Part shown: positions 9,056 through 18,540 of the stretch, one piece after another
How the letters are laid out: each line of letters begins with the position of its first letter
Numbering within the stretch: position 1 is the stretch's first letter
Origin: Halomicronema hongdechloris C2206
GTDB taxonomy: Bacteria > Cyanobacteriota > Cyanobacteriia > Phormidesmidales > Phormidesmidaceae
DNA: 32,000 bases
Reading direction: 5' to 3'
Assembly (NCBI RefSeq): GCF_002075285.3
Contig: NZ_CP021983.2
Span: 5,220,001 to 5,252,000 of the forward strand
Notes under the pieces: model-generated
Told to the model about the DNA's origin: nothing
Seen by the model: only the letters and a program-made list of their open reading frames with translations
The model's database searches: none
Made by a program: the position numbers and the translations under genes

Positions 9056-9068
9056 TTCCCAGACCACC

Positions 9069-10454
9069 ATGTCAGCCGCCATCGTTCAGGGAGACACTAT
9101 CGCTGCCATTGCCACCGCCGTGGTACCGCAACAGGGCAGTGTCGGCATTGTGCGCCTGTCTGGCAGCGAGGCCATAGCCATCGCTCGACGGCTGTTTCAT
9201 GCGCCTGGCCGCCAGCCCTGGGAAAGTCATCGCATCCTCTACGGCTACGTCCGCCAGCCCGAGACGCGGCAGGTGGTGGATGAAGCCCTGCTGCTGCTGA
9301 TGCAATCGCCCCGCTCCTATACTCGTGAAGACGTGGTGGAATTCCACTGCCACGGCGGCATCATGGCAGTACAGCAGGTGCTGCATCTCTGCTTGGCCCA
9401 GGGTGCCCGTCTGGCCCAGCCAGGAGAATTTACCTTGCGGGCCTTTCTCAATGGCCGCCTCGATCTGACCCAGGCGGAAGGCCTGGTCGACCTGGTTGGG
9501 GCCCAGTCTCCCCAAGCGGCTCAGGCTGCCCTGGGGGGCTTGCAAGGGAAACTAGCCCAGCCCTTGCGCCAACTGCGCAGGAGCTGCCTCGACATCCTGG
9601 CCGCAGTAGAAGCCCGCATCGATTTCGAGGAGGACCTGCCCCCCCTAGATGAAGATCAGATTCGGCAACGGGTCGATCAGCTGCTGGAGCAGATGGATCG
9701 TCTACTGGCCACGGCTCACCAGGGAGAACTGTTACGCAGCGGTCTCAAGGTGGCGATCGTAGGCCGCCCCAATGTCGGCAAGTCTAGCCTCCTGAATGCT
9801 TGGAGTCGATGCGATCGCGCCATCGTCACCGACTTGCCCGGCACCACCCGCGACGTAGTAGAGTCCCAGCTGGTAGTGGGGGGCATTCCGGTGCAGGTCC
9901 TCGATACCGCTGGCATTCGAGATGCGATTAACCAGGTGGAGCAACTAGGCATCGAACGGTCTCGCACCGCCGCCCAAGCTGCTGACTTGGTGCTTCTGGT
10001 CCTAGATGCCCAGAGCGGTTGGTGTCCCGAGGATCAACAGCTCTACAACCAAGTCGCCCATCGCCCCCTGATCTGCGTGGTCAATAAAATAGACCTACTC
10101 CAGGGGCAATCTCCCCCTGCCCTGCCCGAGCCAACTCACCTGACCGTATATACTGCCGCTGCCTGCAATGAAGGCATTGAGGCCCTAGAGCAGGCGATTC
10201 TGAAAGCCATCGAGGCCGATGGCCTCACCGCTGCCGATCTGGATATAACCCTAAACCAACGCCAGGCGGCCGCCCTCACCCGGGCTCGTCAGGCTCTAGT
10301 TCAGGTGCACGAAACTATTACCCAGCAACTTCCCTTGGATTTCTGGACCATCGATCTGCGCAGCGCCATCCACATTCTGGGAGAACTCACCGGCGATGAC
10401 CTGACCGAATCGGTGCTGGATGAGATCTTTAGTCGTTTCTGTATTGGTAAGTAG
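9069..10454 (+). CDS. mnmE: tRNA uridine-5-carboxymethylaminomethyl(34) synthesis GTPase MnmE
   Basis: 461 aa from ATG 9069. Canonical N-terminus DTIAAIATA. GTPase motifs: G1 [13 protein letters not shown]2 DLPGTTRD, G3 DTAGIR, G4 NKIDL. C-terminal CIGK. The tracked ORF start at 8697 is only read-through of the heptamer array. Confidence 0.92.
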   Translation: MSAAIVQGDTIAAIATAVVPQQGSVGIVRLSGSEAIAIARRLFHAPGRQPWESHRILYGYVRQPETRQVVDEALLLLMQSPRSYTREDVVEFHCHGGIMAVQQVLHLCLAQGARLAQPGEFTLRAFLNGRLDLTQAEGLVDLVGAQSPQAAQAALGGLQGKLAQPLRQLRRSCLDILAAVEARIDFEEDLPPLDEDQIRQRVDQLLEQMDRLLATAHQGELLRSGLKVAIVGRPNVGKSSLLNAWSRCDRAIVTDLPGTTRDVVESQLVVGGIPVQVLDTAGIRDAINQVEQLGIERSRTAAQAADLVLLVLDAQSGWCPEDQQLYNQVAHRPLICVVNKIDLLQGQSPPALPEPTHLTVYTAAACNEGIEALEQAILKAIEADGLTAADLDITLNQRQAAALTRARQALVQVHETITQQLPLDFWTIDLRSAIHILGELTGDDLTESVLDEIFSRFCIGK

Positions 10455-10509
10455 TGGAATGCAGCAGCCATATTCCCTGAAGCCGGGAAGGCAACAATTT
10501 TATCTTGAG

Positions 10510-10562
10510 ATTAACACTCCCTAAACCTGACCATAACCCAATTCTTACTCAAGCTTTAACCT
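10510..10562 (+). promoter_or_regulatory. candidate Pho-box array (SphR/PhoB-type direct repeats) upstream of the pstS-family gene
   Basis: Five 8-mers start at 10510, 10521, 10532, 10543 and 10555 (spacing 11, 11, 11, 12 bp): ATTAACAC, CTAAACCT, CATAACCC, TCTTACTC, TTTAACCT. The last is a perfect match to PyTTAAPyPy(T/A). The array ends 64 nt before ATG 10626. Confidence 0.4.
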
Positions 10563-10625
10563 TTACTCGATAGGTTTAGCGTGGCTTCACTGTGTGTATT
10601 TAACGAACGCCACGGAGTGTGATTT

Positions 10626-11528
10626 ATGGTAGCTAACGGAGTAAAGGCCCTCGTCGCCACCACGGCGACAGTGGCTGTCACCTTTGGGATGTCCGCCACT
10701 AGTGCCCAGGCCCAGTTGATTCAGATTGATGGCTCTAGTACTGTCTTCCCCATCACTGAGGCCATGGCCGAGGAATTCATGGCAGAGAATTCTGATGTTC
10801 GGATTACCGTGGGTGTATCAGGTACGGGCGGTGGTTTTTCCAAGTTCTGCAATGGTGAAACCGATATTTCCAATGCCTCCCGTCCCATTAAGGAAAGCGA
10901 AGCCGCAACCTGTGCCGAAAACGGCGTTGAGTATATCCAGCTGCCCGTTGCTTCTGACGCCCTCACCGTTGTGGTTCATCCCAACAACACTTGGGCCGAG
11001 GAGATGACCGTCGAGCAGCTAGAAATGCTGTGGGCTCCCGAGGCCGAAGGCACCATCACCCGCTGGAACCAGATCGATCCCAGCTGGCCCAATCGTCCCA
11101 TCAACTTGTTTGGCCCCGGTACCGATTCTGGTACCTTCGATTACTTCACTGAAGAGATCGTCGGTGAGTCTGGTGCTAGCCGGGCCGACTATACCGCCAG
11201 CGAAGATGACAATGTGCTAGTGCTGGGCGTCGCTCGCGATCCCAACGCTTTGGGCTACTTCGGCATGGCCTACTACCTGGAAAATCAGGATAGCCTCAAG
11301 GCTGTTGCCGTGGATGGCGTCCTGCCGACTCCAGAGAACGTGGAGAATAATGCCTACACTCCCTTGTCTCGCCCCATCTTCATCTATGTCAGTAAAGATG
11401 CGCTGGAGCGCCCAGAGGTCAGTTCCTTCGTGGAATATTATCTGAGCAATGCCAGAGACATTGTGCCGGAAATTGGCTACGTTCCCTTCCAAGCGTCTCG
11501 TTACGAGAACCTCCTAGGAGAACTGTAG
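10626..11528 (+). CDS. pstS: PstS-family phosphate ABC transporter substrate-binding protein (SphX/PstS-like)
   Basis: 300 aa. Sec-type signal peptide ending SAQAQ, then [18 protein letters not shown] and [27 protein letters not shown]. Confidence 0.85.
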   Translation: MVANGVKALVATTATVAVTFGMSATSAQAQLIQIDGSSTVFPITEAMAEEFMAENSDVRITVGVSGTGGGFSKFCNGETDISNASRPIKESEAATCAENGVEYIQLPVASDALTVVVHPNNTWAEEMTVEQLEMLWAPEAEGTITRWNQIDPSWPNRPINLFGPGTDSGTFDYFTEEIVGESGASRADYTASEDDNVLVLGVARDPNALGYFGMAYYLENQDSLKAVAVDGVLPTPENVENNAYTPLSRPIFIYVSKDALERPEVSSFVEYYLSNARDIVPEIGYVPFQASRYENLLGEL

Positions 11529-11568
11529 GCTAGCGCTCCTAGCAATTGAGTTCCATCATCTGCGATAG

Positions 11569-11604
11569 GCCTGGGGCAGCTTCCCCTGCTCCAGGCATTT
11601 ATTG
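11569..11604 (+). terminator. probable intrinsic terminator after pstS
   Basis: An 11-bp GC-rich stem GCCTGGGGCAG / CTGCTCCAGGC (one G-T wobble) with the 6-nt loop CTTCCC spans 11569-11596. It is followed by ATTTATTG. Confidence 0.45.
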
Positions 11605-11648
11605 ATCACTCTGCGGCCAGTCTGCTATTCTCACCGTCCGAAGATCCC

Positions 11649-12482
11649 ATGGGACCGTCCGATTCTTCTCAGCCCCGATCCCAGAGATCCTGGAAACGCC
11701 TGTACTATCCCCTGATCCTGCTGTCTATCCTACTCCACGGCCTGCTACTAGTGGCGCCTCTTCCTTCTCAACCAGACCCAGCAGAAGAGGAGGAAGAGAC
11801 CGAAACAGAGGACGAGGCTGAAGTGGTGGATCTCTTAAGCATCAGTAGCTTGGTCAGCGAAGAACCGCCACCACCAGAGCCTGCCACGCCTCAACCGACG
11901 GCCGCTCCTCCGCCTCAGACAACACGGCCTGCAGCCCCCCGCCAGCCAGTAGTTCCCGACACCTATCCCCCGGAACCGGTGACGAGAGACCCAGCCACGT
12001 CGGCCCCTGCCGAGAATGCCGGGCTAGTGGCGCCAACAGCACCCGAGTCGAATTTCACCATCGATCCCCAACGACAAAATCAAGCCCTGCAAGGGGTCAC
12101 CGTCATGGGGCGTACTGGCAGCAGTAATTTCAATATCACTGACCTATTTCCGGTCGCGGCTTGGGGGAAGGGCCTCAATAACTTGCCGTCAGGAGATCGG
12201 AGGTGCTTCTTCAGCAGCATTAGCCAGAACAACTATGCCCTGGTTGATGGAGCCATTGACCTGCTCTACATTTCCCGCAATATCGAATTGGTAGAGCGCG
12301 AGGATCTGGTTCAATCCTTTGAACCTAAGGGCTATACTCTGGTGCCTTCAGAGCAAGACTATTGCAATCATCCTCTGATTGAGGTGCAAGAGGCAGGACA
12401 ACCGCTCCTTTATGTCTCGTTGATTGATCTCAAGGGCACTACCATCGTCATCTTTTGGTCTACTAATCCTCTCAATGCTTGA
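11649..12482 (+). CDS. TonB-like membrane-anchored protein with Glu/Pro-rich spacer and an unrecognised C-terminal domain
   Basis: 277 aa. The N-terminal anchor WKRLYYPLILLSILLHGLLLVAPL carries the TonB SxxxH motif (compare E. coli TonB LLSVCIHGAVV). It is followed by an EEEEETETEDE/PPPPEP spacer. I see no TonB_C-like sequence. Confidence 0.65.
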   Translation: MGPSDSSQPRSQRSWKRLYYPLILLSILLHGLLLVAPLPSQPDPAEEEEETETEDEAEVVDLLSISSLVSEEPPPPEPATPQPTAAPPPQTTRPAAPRQPVVPDTYPPEPVTRDPATSAPAENAGLVAPTAPESNFTIDPQRQNQALQGVTVMGRTGSSNFNITDLFPVAAWGKGLNNLPSGDRRCFFSSISQNNYALVDGAIDLLYISRNIELVEREDLVQSFEPKGYTLVPSEQDYCNHPLIEVQEAGQPLLYVSLIDLKGTTIVIFWSTNPLNA

Positions 12483-12505
12483 GGGTCAACCACTAGGATA
12501 GAGCT

Positions 12506-13507
12506 ATGAGACGGTTATTCCCTGGTGCTACGGTGTCAACACCCCGCTGGAAATCTCTATTGACTCCCATGCTATTGCTGTCCCTGGGGCTGCATGGGGT
12601 GTTTTTGTTGATTCCCATTGCTTCCTCTGATGAAGCAGCGATTCCGCCGCCAGATCCGGACGAAGATAGCATTGCCATCACTCGTGTGCCACCCTCACCG
12701 TCGTCCTCGGCCTCTACGGCCCCTGCCCCTGGGACACCGGCCTCGGTGGCGACTAGTGTTCCCTCCCAGCCTGTTCCCCGTCGCGCTAATCCAGCGGCCC
12801 GAGCTGCTCATTCTGGTAGAGGGTCGCGTTCCTCCAGGCAGACCTCCCAGCCCGCTAAGGAACAAGCTTCGCCCCGCCAAGCTCGCTCAGAGCCAGCGTT
12901 ACCAGAGCTATCTGCCCCGTCACCTACCGCGTCACCTACTGCGTCACCTACCGCATCTCCTGCCACTGCCCCATTGGACTCGTCGCTGCCCACCTACGAG
13001 TCGGTATCGGTGCCGCAGGCCCTACGCGATCGCATCCAGCGCCTGGCCCAATCCGACACCCTGGCGGTGCCCAAATCTCTATTGGACTATCTATCATCTC
13101 TACAGGCGGCCTATACCTTCAACGACACCAACACCAGTGGCGAGGCCCTCAAAGATAACTTGGCCGATTGGGTAGACCAATACCGACAAACCTTAGATCA
13201 GCCCGACCTGTGGCAAGAACCCTTTGCAGACACCCTGGAGATCACCTACCAACACCGCGTCTGCATGGAGCCGGCCCCAAAAGTAGCAACCATTGGGGTT
13301 GTTGTCGGGGCTGACGGCAGTCTCCAGAGCCAACCCACCCTGCTCCGCAGCACAGGCTACGGTGTCTTGAATGACCAAGCGCTGAAACGAGTCGAAACCT
13401 ACGACTTTCCCACTCCAGGAGAGCTAAAAGCCTACACTGTCGATGTCAAGGTGGAGCTGGACTATGGTCCCCAACCCTGCCTCGATAAGACTCCCGAAAA
13501 TACCTGA
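12506..13507 (+). CDS. energy transducer TonB-family protein
   Basis: 333 aa. Anchor WKSLLTPMLLLSLGLHGVFLLIPI (SxxxH), a Pro/Ser/Ala-rich spacer, and a C-terminal TonB_C-like segment GVVVGADGSLQSQPTLLRSTGYGVLNDQALKRVETYDFP. Confidence 0.7.
   Translation: MRRLFPGATVSTPRWKSLLTPMLLLSLGLHGVFLLIPIASSDEAAIPPPDPDEDSIAITRVPPSPSSSASTAPAPGTPASVATSVPSQPVPRRANPAARAAHSGRGSRSSRQTSQPAKEQASPRQARSEPALPELSAPSPTASPTASPTASPATAPLDSSLPTYESVSVPQALRDRIQRLAQSDTLAVPKSLLDYLSSLQAAYTFNDTNTSGEALKDNLADWVDQYRQTLDQPDLWQEPFADTLEITYQHRVCMEPAPKVATIGVVVGADGSLQSQPTLLRSTGYGVLNDQALKRVETYDFPTPGELKAYTVDVKVELDYGPQPCLDKTPENT
12920..12967 (+). repeat. 12-nt in-frame tandem repeat (3 copies plus 1 degenerate) encoding (SPTA)3-SPAT in the TonB spacer
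   Basis: TCACCTACCGCG / TCACCTACTGCG / TCACCTACCGCA / TCTCCTGCCACT. Confidence 0.8.
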
Positions 13508-14323
13508 TTATCGATTGCGATCGGTCAAAATCTCATGGCCTTCTGGGGTCACCAACACCGTATGCTCAAACTGGGCCGAGAGGGCGCGATCCACCGTCAC
13601 CACGGTCCAGCGATCGCTGAGGGTGCGGGTATGCTTCGACCCGGCATTGAGAATAGGCTCAATGGCCAGGGTCATCCCCGGCAATAACTTCATGTTGGGC
13701 AACTGACGGGTGCGGAAATTAAAGACCGAGGGGGGCTCATGTAGATTGCGCCCCACCCCATGGCCCGTAAAATCTTCCACCACCGTATAGCCGTCGGTAC
13801 AGATGGAATCTTCAATGGCTCCGGCAATGTCTAGCAGCGTGTTGCCTGGCTTCACCTGGGCGATGCCGGCGTAGAGCGCCCGCTCCGCTGCTTGCATCAG
13901 CCGTTGCGCCTCCGCAGACACTGGGCCAACAGCAATAGTGATACAGGAATCGCCGTGGAACCCTTGGTAATAAGCCCCGGTATCCACCTTGAGTAAATCG
14001 CCGGCCCGAATCACCTGACGCCGCCGCGGGATGCCATGGACCACCTCGTCGTTGAGGCAGACACAAATTGAGCCGGGGAAGCCGTGATACCCCTTAAAAC
14101 TAGGAGTTGCTCCCATTTCGCGAATGCGTTTTTCGGCATAGGCATCCAGGTCCGCCGTGGTCATGCCCGGTTGTACCTGCTGGGCAATTTCCCGTAGCAC
14201 CGTCGCAACAATATGGGCAGCCTGTCGCATGATGGCGATCTCTGGCTCCGACTTAAGTTCGACTCCCCGAACCCGACGCCCCCTGGTGGAACGTTTTGGT
14301 AAAAGTTGGCTGAGAATGTTCAT
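13508..14323 (-). CDS. map: type I methionyl aminopeptidase
   Basis: 271 aa. Motifs: [53 protein letters not shown]. Confidence 0.92.
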   Translation of the reverse strand: MNILSQLLPKRSTRGRRVRGVELKSEPEIAIMRQAAHIVATVLREIAQQVQPGMTTADLDAYAEKRIREMGATPSFKGYHGFPGSICVCLNDEVVHGIPRRRQVIRAGDLLKVDTGAYYQGFHGDSCITIAVGPVSAEAQRLMQAAERALYAGIAQVKPGNTLLDIAGAIEDSICTDGYTVVEDFTGHGVGRNLHEPPSVFNFRTRQLPNMKLLPGMTLAIEPILNAGSKHTRTLSDRWTVVTVDRALSAQFEHTVLVTPEGHEILTDRNR

Positions 14324-14725
14324 CCGTCAAATAGGACAGTCTTAGTCCATGGTAGGGTAATCTCGGCTCGGCTAGTATGACCGAGACCATCCTGACGTTA
14401 TAAGTCGCGGCGGGCCCTGAGAGGACATTTGAAAACTCGACTGAAAGCCCTGCAGGGCAAGCGTTTTAGAGCGTATGGCTCTGTTGGCCAGAATCCAGTC
14501 TGGAGCAAGGTTGCAGGGTACTTTCCAAATATCCTCTGATCCCAGTTGTCCTGACTATCTACTGCGGCACAGCAATTCTCATTTTGGAAATTCAACTTGC
14601 TACTGAGAGGGATCTCTAGTTCTAGACCCTGGAGCATGAACGATTACCGCTTATGCGCTGATTCAACTAGTCACATTAGGGCATTACCGCTCAGTTGAGT
14701 GAGCTGCGAAGAGTAGACAATATCA

Positions 14726-15409
14726 ATGAGTGTCCCTATTGAGTGCAGATCTGTGAGCTCTCAATGGTTGAGTTTATTGGCTCGTTATCGGGCGATTGCA
14801 GTGATTCGTGCCCCCAATATTACCCTAGGGCGGCAGATGGCGGCGGCGGTGGCTGCCGGAGGCATGGGGCTGATTGAAATCACCTGGACTAGCCTCGAGG
14901 CCGCAAAGCTGGTGGCCCAACTACGCTCGGAGTTACCCCACTGCCGGATTGGGGTGGGTACGGTGATGACAGAGCCGGATCTCAAGGATGCGATCGCAGC
15001 CGGGGCCCAATTCTGTTTCTCGCCCCATACCGACGTGGCCTTGCTGCGACAGGCCCAGGCCCAGCAGATTCCTATGATTCCGGGAGCCCTTACCCCCAGC
15101 GAAATCGTCACCGCCTGGCAGGCTGGCGCCAGCAGCGTCAAAGTATTTCCCATCCGGGCCATGGGCGGTGCCGACTATATCCAAAGTCTACAGGGTCCCC
15201 TAGGGCATATCCCCTTGATTCCCACCGGTGGCGTCACCCTGGAGAATGCTGCCTCTCTCCTGACCGCCGGAGCCGTGGCTGTGGGATTGGCCGGGCAGCT
15301 GTTTCCAGCCGCGGCCGTAGCCAGTGGTGATTGGGCGGTCGTGCGTGGCCAGGCTGAAAAGTTGCGACAGCAATTGAACGGGGCCGCCTACCGCCAGAAC
15401 ACTCCCTAG
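14726..15409 (+). CDS. eda: 2-dehydro-3-deoxyphosphogluconate / 4-hydroxy-2-oxoglutarate aldolase
   Basis: 227 aa. It can be aligned by eye to E. coli Eda: IEITW, GVGTV, GAQFCFSP, IPMIPGALTPSE, VKVFP (Schiff-base Lys), IPTGGV. Confidence 0.87.
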   Translation: MSVPIECRSVSSQWLSLLARYRAIAVIRAPNITLGRQMAAAVAAGGMGLIEITWTSLEAAKLVAQLRSELPHCRIGVGTVMTEPDLKDAIAAGAQFCFSPHTDVALLRQAQAQQIPMIPGALTPSEIVTAWQAGASSVKVFPIRAMGGADYIQSLQGPLGHIPLIPTGGVTLENAASLLTAGAVAVGLAGQLFPAAAVASGDWAVVRGQAEKLRQQLNGAAYRQNTP

Positions 15410-15638
15410 TCCAGCAAGGCAGCAAGGGAAATCCCGATAACTGCAGCCTGTTCCCTCTGGTCGATGCAGGGATTATTTCTGCCACAGCGACTGGTTACAG
15501 TCGGGACAATGCTGAAATAGTGTCCTACCCCCTACCTCAACTGCCCCCGGACACAGCGGCAGAATTCTTCTTCCTGCCCCTGCCCTAGCCCAGGGCTTTG
15601 CAGTAGGCTAGAAACCACGGGCAGCATAGGAGGCAGGT

Positions 15639-16853
15639 GTGTCAGGGCCAGGCAATGAAGCATTAAAGCAGCAGCCACCAGATCAACAACAACGGCGTGA
15701 CTGGGCTTGGCCGTTCTGGCCGGTGGTTCCCCTCTATCCCTATGGCAGGCGACGCACCCTGCGGCGAGAAATCATCAAAGATACCGTCTGGGTCTTCGAG
15801 CAACTGCAGGGCATTTTCTATGTGATCGTGCCCATTCGCATGACCGTGATTTGCCTGGAGGGGGGTGGACTGTTGGTCTATGCACCAGTGGCTCCCACTC
15901 GGGAATGTATACGCCTGATGCGACAGCTAGAGAGCTACTACGGCCCGGTGCAATATATTGTCATGTCTACGGTCACGGGCATTGAACATAAGGTGTTTGT
16001 GGGTCCCTTTGCCCGCCACTTTCCCCAGGCTCAGGTCTATGTTGTGCCCCATCAGTGGAGCTATCCCCTCAACCTGCCCTTAAGTTGGCTGGGATTGCCG
16101 CCACGGCGGAGCCAGTATCTGGCTACCGATAGCAGCCAGAGTCCGTTTGCCGACCAATTTGACTATGCTCTGTTAGGTCCGGTTCGTCTGGGGTTCGGCC
16201 CCTTTGCTGAGGTGGCCCTCTGCCATCGGGCCTCCCGTACCTTGCTAGTGACCGATACGGTGATGGCAATTCCAGCAGAGCCTCCCGATGTCTTGCAGCT
16301 TGATCCCTATCCGCTGTTATTCCATGCCCGCGAGCATGGCCTAGACCCCATCCATGACACTCCGGCTAATCGTCGCAAGGGTTGGCAGCGCATAGCCCTC
16401 TTTTCCTTCTATTTTCGCCCTGGTCCTCTGCAAGTGCTGGGCTTGGGAGAAGCCTTGAGGGAGGCTCGTCAGGCTCCAGACCACTCCCTCAAGGCCTATG
16501 GAGGGGTGTATCCCTTCCGCTGGCAAGATACCTGGCAGCAGTCCTTTGAGCATCTCTGGCGGGGAGGGCGGCCGTTTGTAGCCCCGGTGTTGCAGATGCT
16601 GATTTTGAATCGCGACCCCAACATGGTAGAGGCATGGGTCAATCGGGTGGCCCAGTGGCAGTTTGAGCGGATCATTCCGGCCCACTTTGAGGCCCCGATT
16701 GCGGCAGGTCCTTTACTATTTCGCCAGGCCTTCGACTTCCTAGGGGTGTCTGACGACAATGACGGCTCTCCCTTGCCGACTGCGGATGTGGCCTTGCTGC
16801 AGCAATTGGAGCAAACCCTAAGCCAACGGGGGGCACTGCCGCCTAGACCATGA
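15639..16853 (+). CDS. DUF4336-like protein
   Basis: 404 aa. GTG start at 15639 with AGGAGG at 15629-15634. Conserved-looking core: DTVWVFEQ...PIRMTVI...GGLLVYAPVAPTREC...EHKVFVGPFARHFPQAQVYVVP. The family name is recalled from memory. Confidence 0.65.
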   Translation: MSGPGNEALKQQPPDQQQRRDWAWPFWPVVPLYPYGRRRTLRREIIKDTVWVFEQLQGIFYVIVPIRMTVICLEGGGLLVYAPVAPTRECIRLMRQLESYYGPVQYIVMSTVTGIEHKVFVGPFARHFPQAQVYVVPHQWSYPLNLPLSWLGLPPRRSQYLATDSSQSPFADQFDYALLGPVRLGFGPFAEVALCHRASRTLLVTDTVMAIPAEPPDVLQLDPYPLLFHAREHGLDPIHDTPANRRKGWQRIALFSFYFRPGPLQVLGLGEALREARQAPDHSLKAYGGVYPFRWQDTWQQSFEHLWRGGRPFVAPVLQMLILNRDPNMVEAWVNRVAQWQFERIIPAHFEAPIAAGPLLFRQAFDFLGVSDDNDGSPLPTADVALLQQLEQTLSQRGALPPRP

Positions 16854-16938
16854 GCACAAGCAGGGTCTCCCGGCTCTGGTGACCCCCTCTCCTAATGGGT
16901 GGCTACGGCACCCACTGCATCGATATCTCTCTAACGCG

Positions 16939-17736
16939 ATGGCCTATTTAGCTCGTATTGCTCTATATCCCATTAAGTCCCTCGATGGCATAACGGTATC
17001 CCAAACAACGGTGTTGCCCAGCGGGGCCTTAAGGTGCGATCGCACCTATGCCCTCTTCGACCAGCAAGGTCGCTTCATCAATGGCAAGCGCAACGCCCGC
17101 GTCCACCACCTACGCAGTGCCTTTAGCAATGACATCCAGACCCTCACCCTGACCCGGCAGGACACTCAGGCTCAGGTCACCTTCCACCTAGAGCAGCAGC
17201 GGCCTGAGCTAGAAGCCTGGCTCAGTGACTATTTCCAGCAACCCGTGCACCTGGGCCACAACCCCGACCAAGGCTTCCCCGACGACACCGAGTCCCCTGG
17301 TCCCACGGTAATCAGCACTGCCACGTTAGAAACCGTCGCCAGCTGGTATCCGGAACTGACCCTAGAGGAAGTGCGGCGACGATTCCGCACCAACCTGGAA
17401 ATTGCCGGAGTCCCCGCCTTCTGGGAAGACCAGCTGTACGGACCCCAGGGAACCCAAGTCTCCTTCCAGATTGGTACCTTGCAACTCCAAGGGGTGAACC
17501 CCTGCCAACGCTGCGTAGTCCCCGTCCGCGATACACTCACCGGGGCCGCCACTCCCGCCTTTCAGCAGACCTTCATGGGCCAGCGCCGCGCCACCTTGCC
17601 GGATTGGGCCGACCGCTCCAGGTTTAACCATTTCTATCGATTGGCTGTCAACACCCGTGCCTCCAGAGGGCAAGGAGAAACAGCCATCAACGTCGGCGAT
17701 CCGGTGTATCTCTCCTCCGCGCCATCAGACTCCTAG
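16939..17736 (+). CDS. MOSC domain-containing protein
   Basis: The ORF opens at GTG 16879, but ATG 16939 gives the typical N-terminus MAYLARIALYPIKSLDG (MOSC_N). The conserved Cys lies in GVNPCQRCVVP. Confidence 0.8.
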   Translation: MAYLARIALYPIKSLDGITVSQTTVLPSGALRCDRTYALFDQQGRFINGKRNARVHHLRSAFSNDIQTLTLTRQDTQAQVTFHLEQQRPELEAWLSDYFQQPVHLGHNPDQGFPDDTESPGPTVISTATLETVASWYPELTLEEVRRRFRTNLEIAGVPAFWEDQLYGPQGTQVSFQIGTLQLQGVNPCQRCVVPVRDTLTGAATPAFQQTFMGQRRATLPDWADRSRFNHFYRLAVNTRASRGQGETAINVGDPVYLSSAPSDS

Positions 17737-17850
17737 GAGGCAGAAATACTCCAGTCTCCCAAAAGTCGTCAATGCTATCCCCTTGCCCCTAAAATCACCA
17801 GGGAAGCCCCTATAACCACTTAGCCCTGATTCACTCGGAGACTCTACACC

Positions 17851-18540
17851 ATGAATATCTTGATGGTCTTAACCTCCCACAGTGCCATGGGAGATAGCGG
17901 TAAGCTGACTGGCCTATGGCTAGAAGAATTTGTCTCCCCTTACTACAGCTTCCTGGACAATGGGGCTGCCATCACTCTCGCCTCCCCCGCTGGCGGCCAT
18001 CCCCCCATTGATCCCCGTAGCACCGAGCCCGATTCTCAAACCGACGCCACCCGACGCTTTCAACAAGATGCCGCGGCCCAGGCCAAACTGGCCCATACCT
18101 CGCCCCTGCCAGCCATCAGCGCTGACGACTTCGATGCTCTCTTCTTCCCCGGTGGCCACGGCCCCATGTGGGATCTGGCCAGTAGCGAGGCCGTCGCCCG
18201 CCTGGTGGAAGCCTTCTGGAACCAGGGTAAAGTGATTGGGGCCGTTTGCCATGGCCCAGCTGCCCTGGTGCAGGCCAAGGATTCTCAAGGAAACTCCATT
18301 CTCAATGGTCGCTCCCTGACAGCCTTTACCAATGCCGAAGAGGCAGCAGTGCAGCTCGATCACCTGGTGCCCTTCGCCCTCGAATCTCGCCTGGTAGACT
18401 TAGGCGGCCGCTTCAGTCAGGCCGAGCCCTTCCAGCCCCATGTGGTCACCGATGGGAATTTAATCACTGGGCAAAATCCACCCTCATCGGAGCAAACCGC
18501 TGAGGCCGTCTTAGCCGCCCTCAATCGGGTACCGGCATGA
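17851..18540 (+). CDS. DJ-1/PfpI-family (class I glutamine amidotransferase-like) protein
   Basis: 229 aa. Motifs: FFPGGHGPMWD, nucleophile elbow IGAVCHGPAAL, LITGQNPPSS. Confidence 0.85.
   Translation: MNILMVLTSHSAMGDSGKLTGLWLEEFVSPYYSFLDNGAAITLASPAGGHPPIDPRSTEPDSQTDATRRFQQDAAAQAKLAHTSPLPAISADDFDALFFPGGHGPMWDLASSEAVARLVEAFWNQGKVIGAVCHGPAALVQAKDSQGNSILNGRSLTAFTNAEEAAVQLDHLVPFALESRLVDLGGRFSQAEPFQPHVVTDGNLITGQNPPSSEQTAEAVLAALNRVPA

Noticed and set aside
8697-9068. The tracked 585-aa ORF extends MnmE N-terminally by 124 codons, including (FCLLPSA)n.
   Set aside because: The extension is simply the stop-free translation of the heptamer array. The canonical MnmE N-terminus (DTIAAIAT) begins right after ATG 9069. 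The in-frame fusion has a 1-in-3 chance expectation.
12618-13175. A 185-aa alternative-frame ORF within the TonB-family gene.
   Set aside because: It is an Arg/Pro-rich translation of the low-complexity Pro/Ser/Ala spacer. It is an artefact of repeat composition.
14398-14637. A 79-aa ORF in the map-eda spacer.
   Set aside because: It sits in AT-richer non-coding-looking DNA, has an odd Cys/Arg-rich composition, and has no SD or family resemblance.
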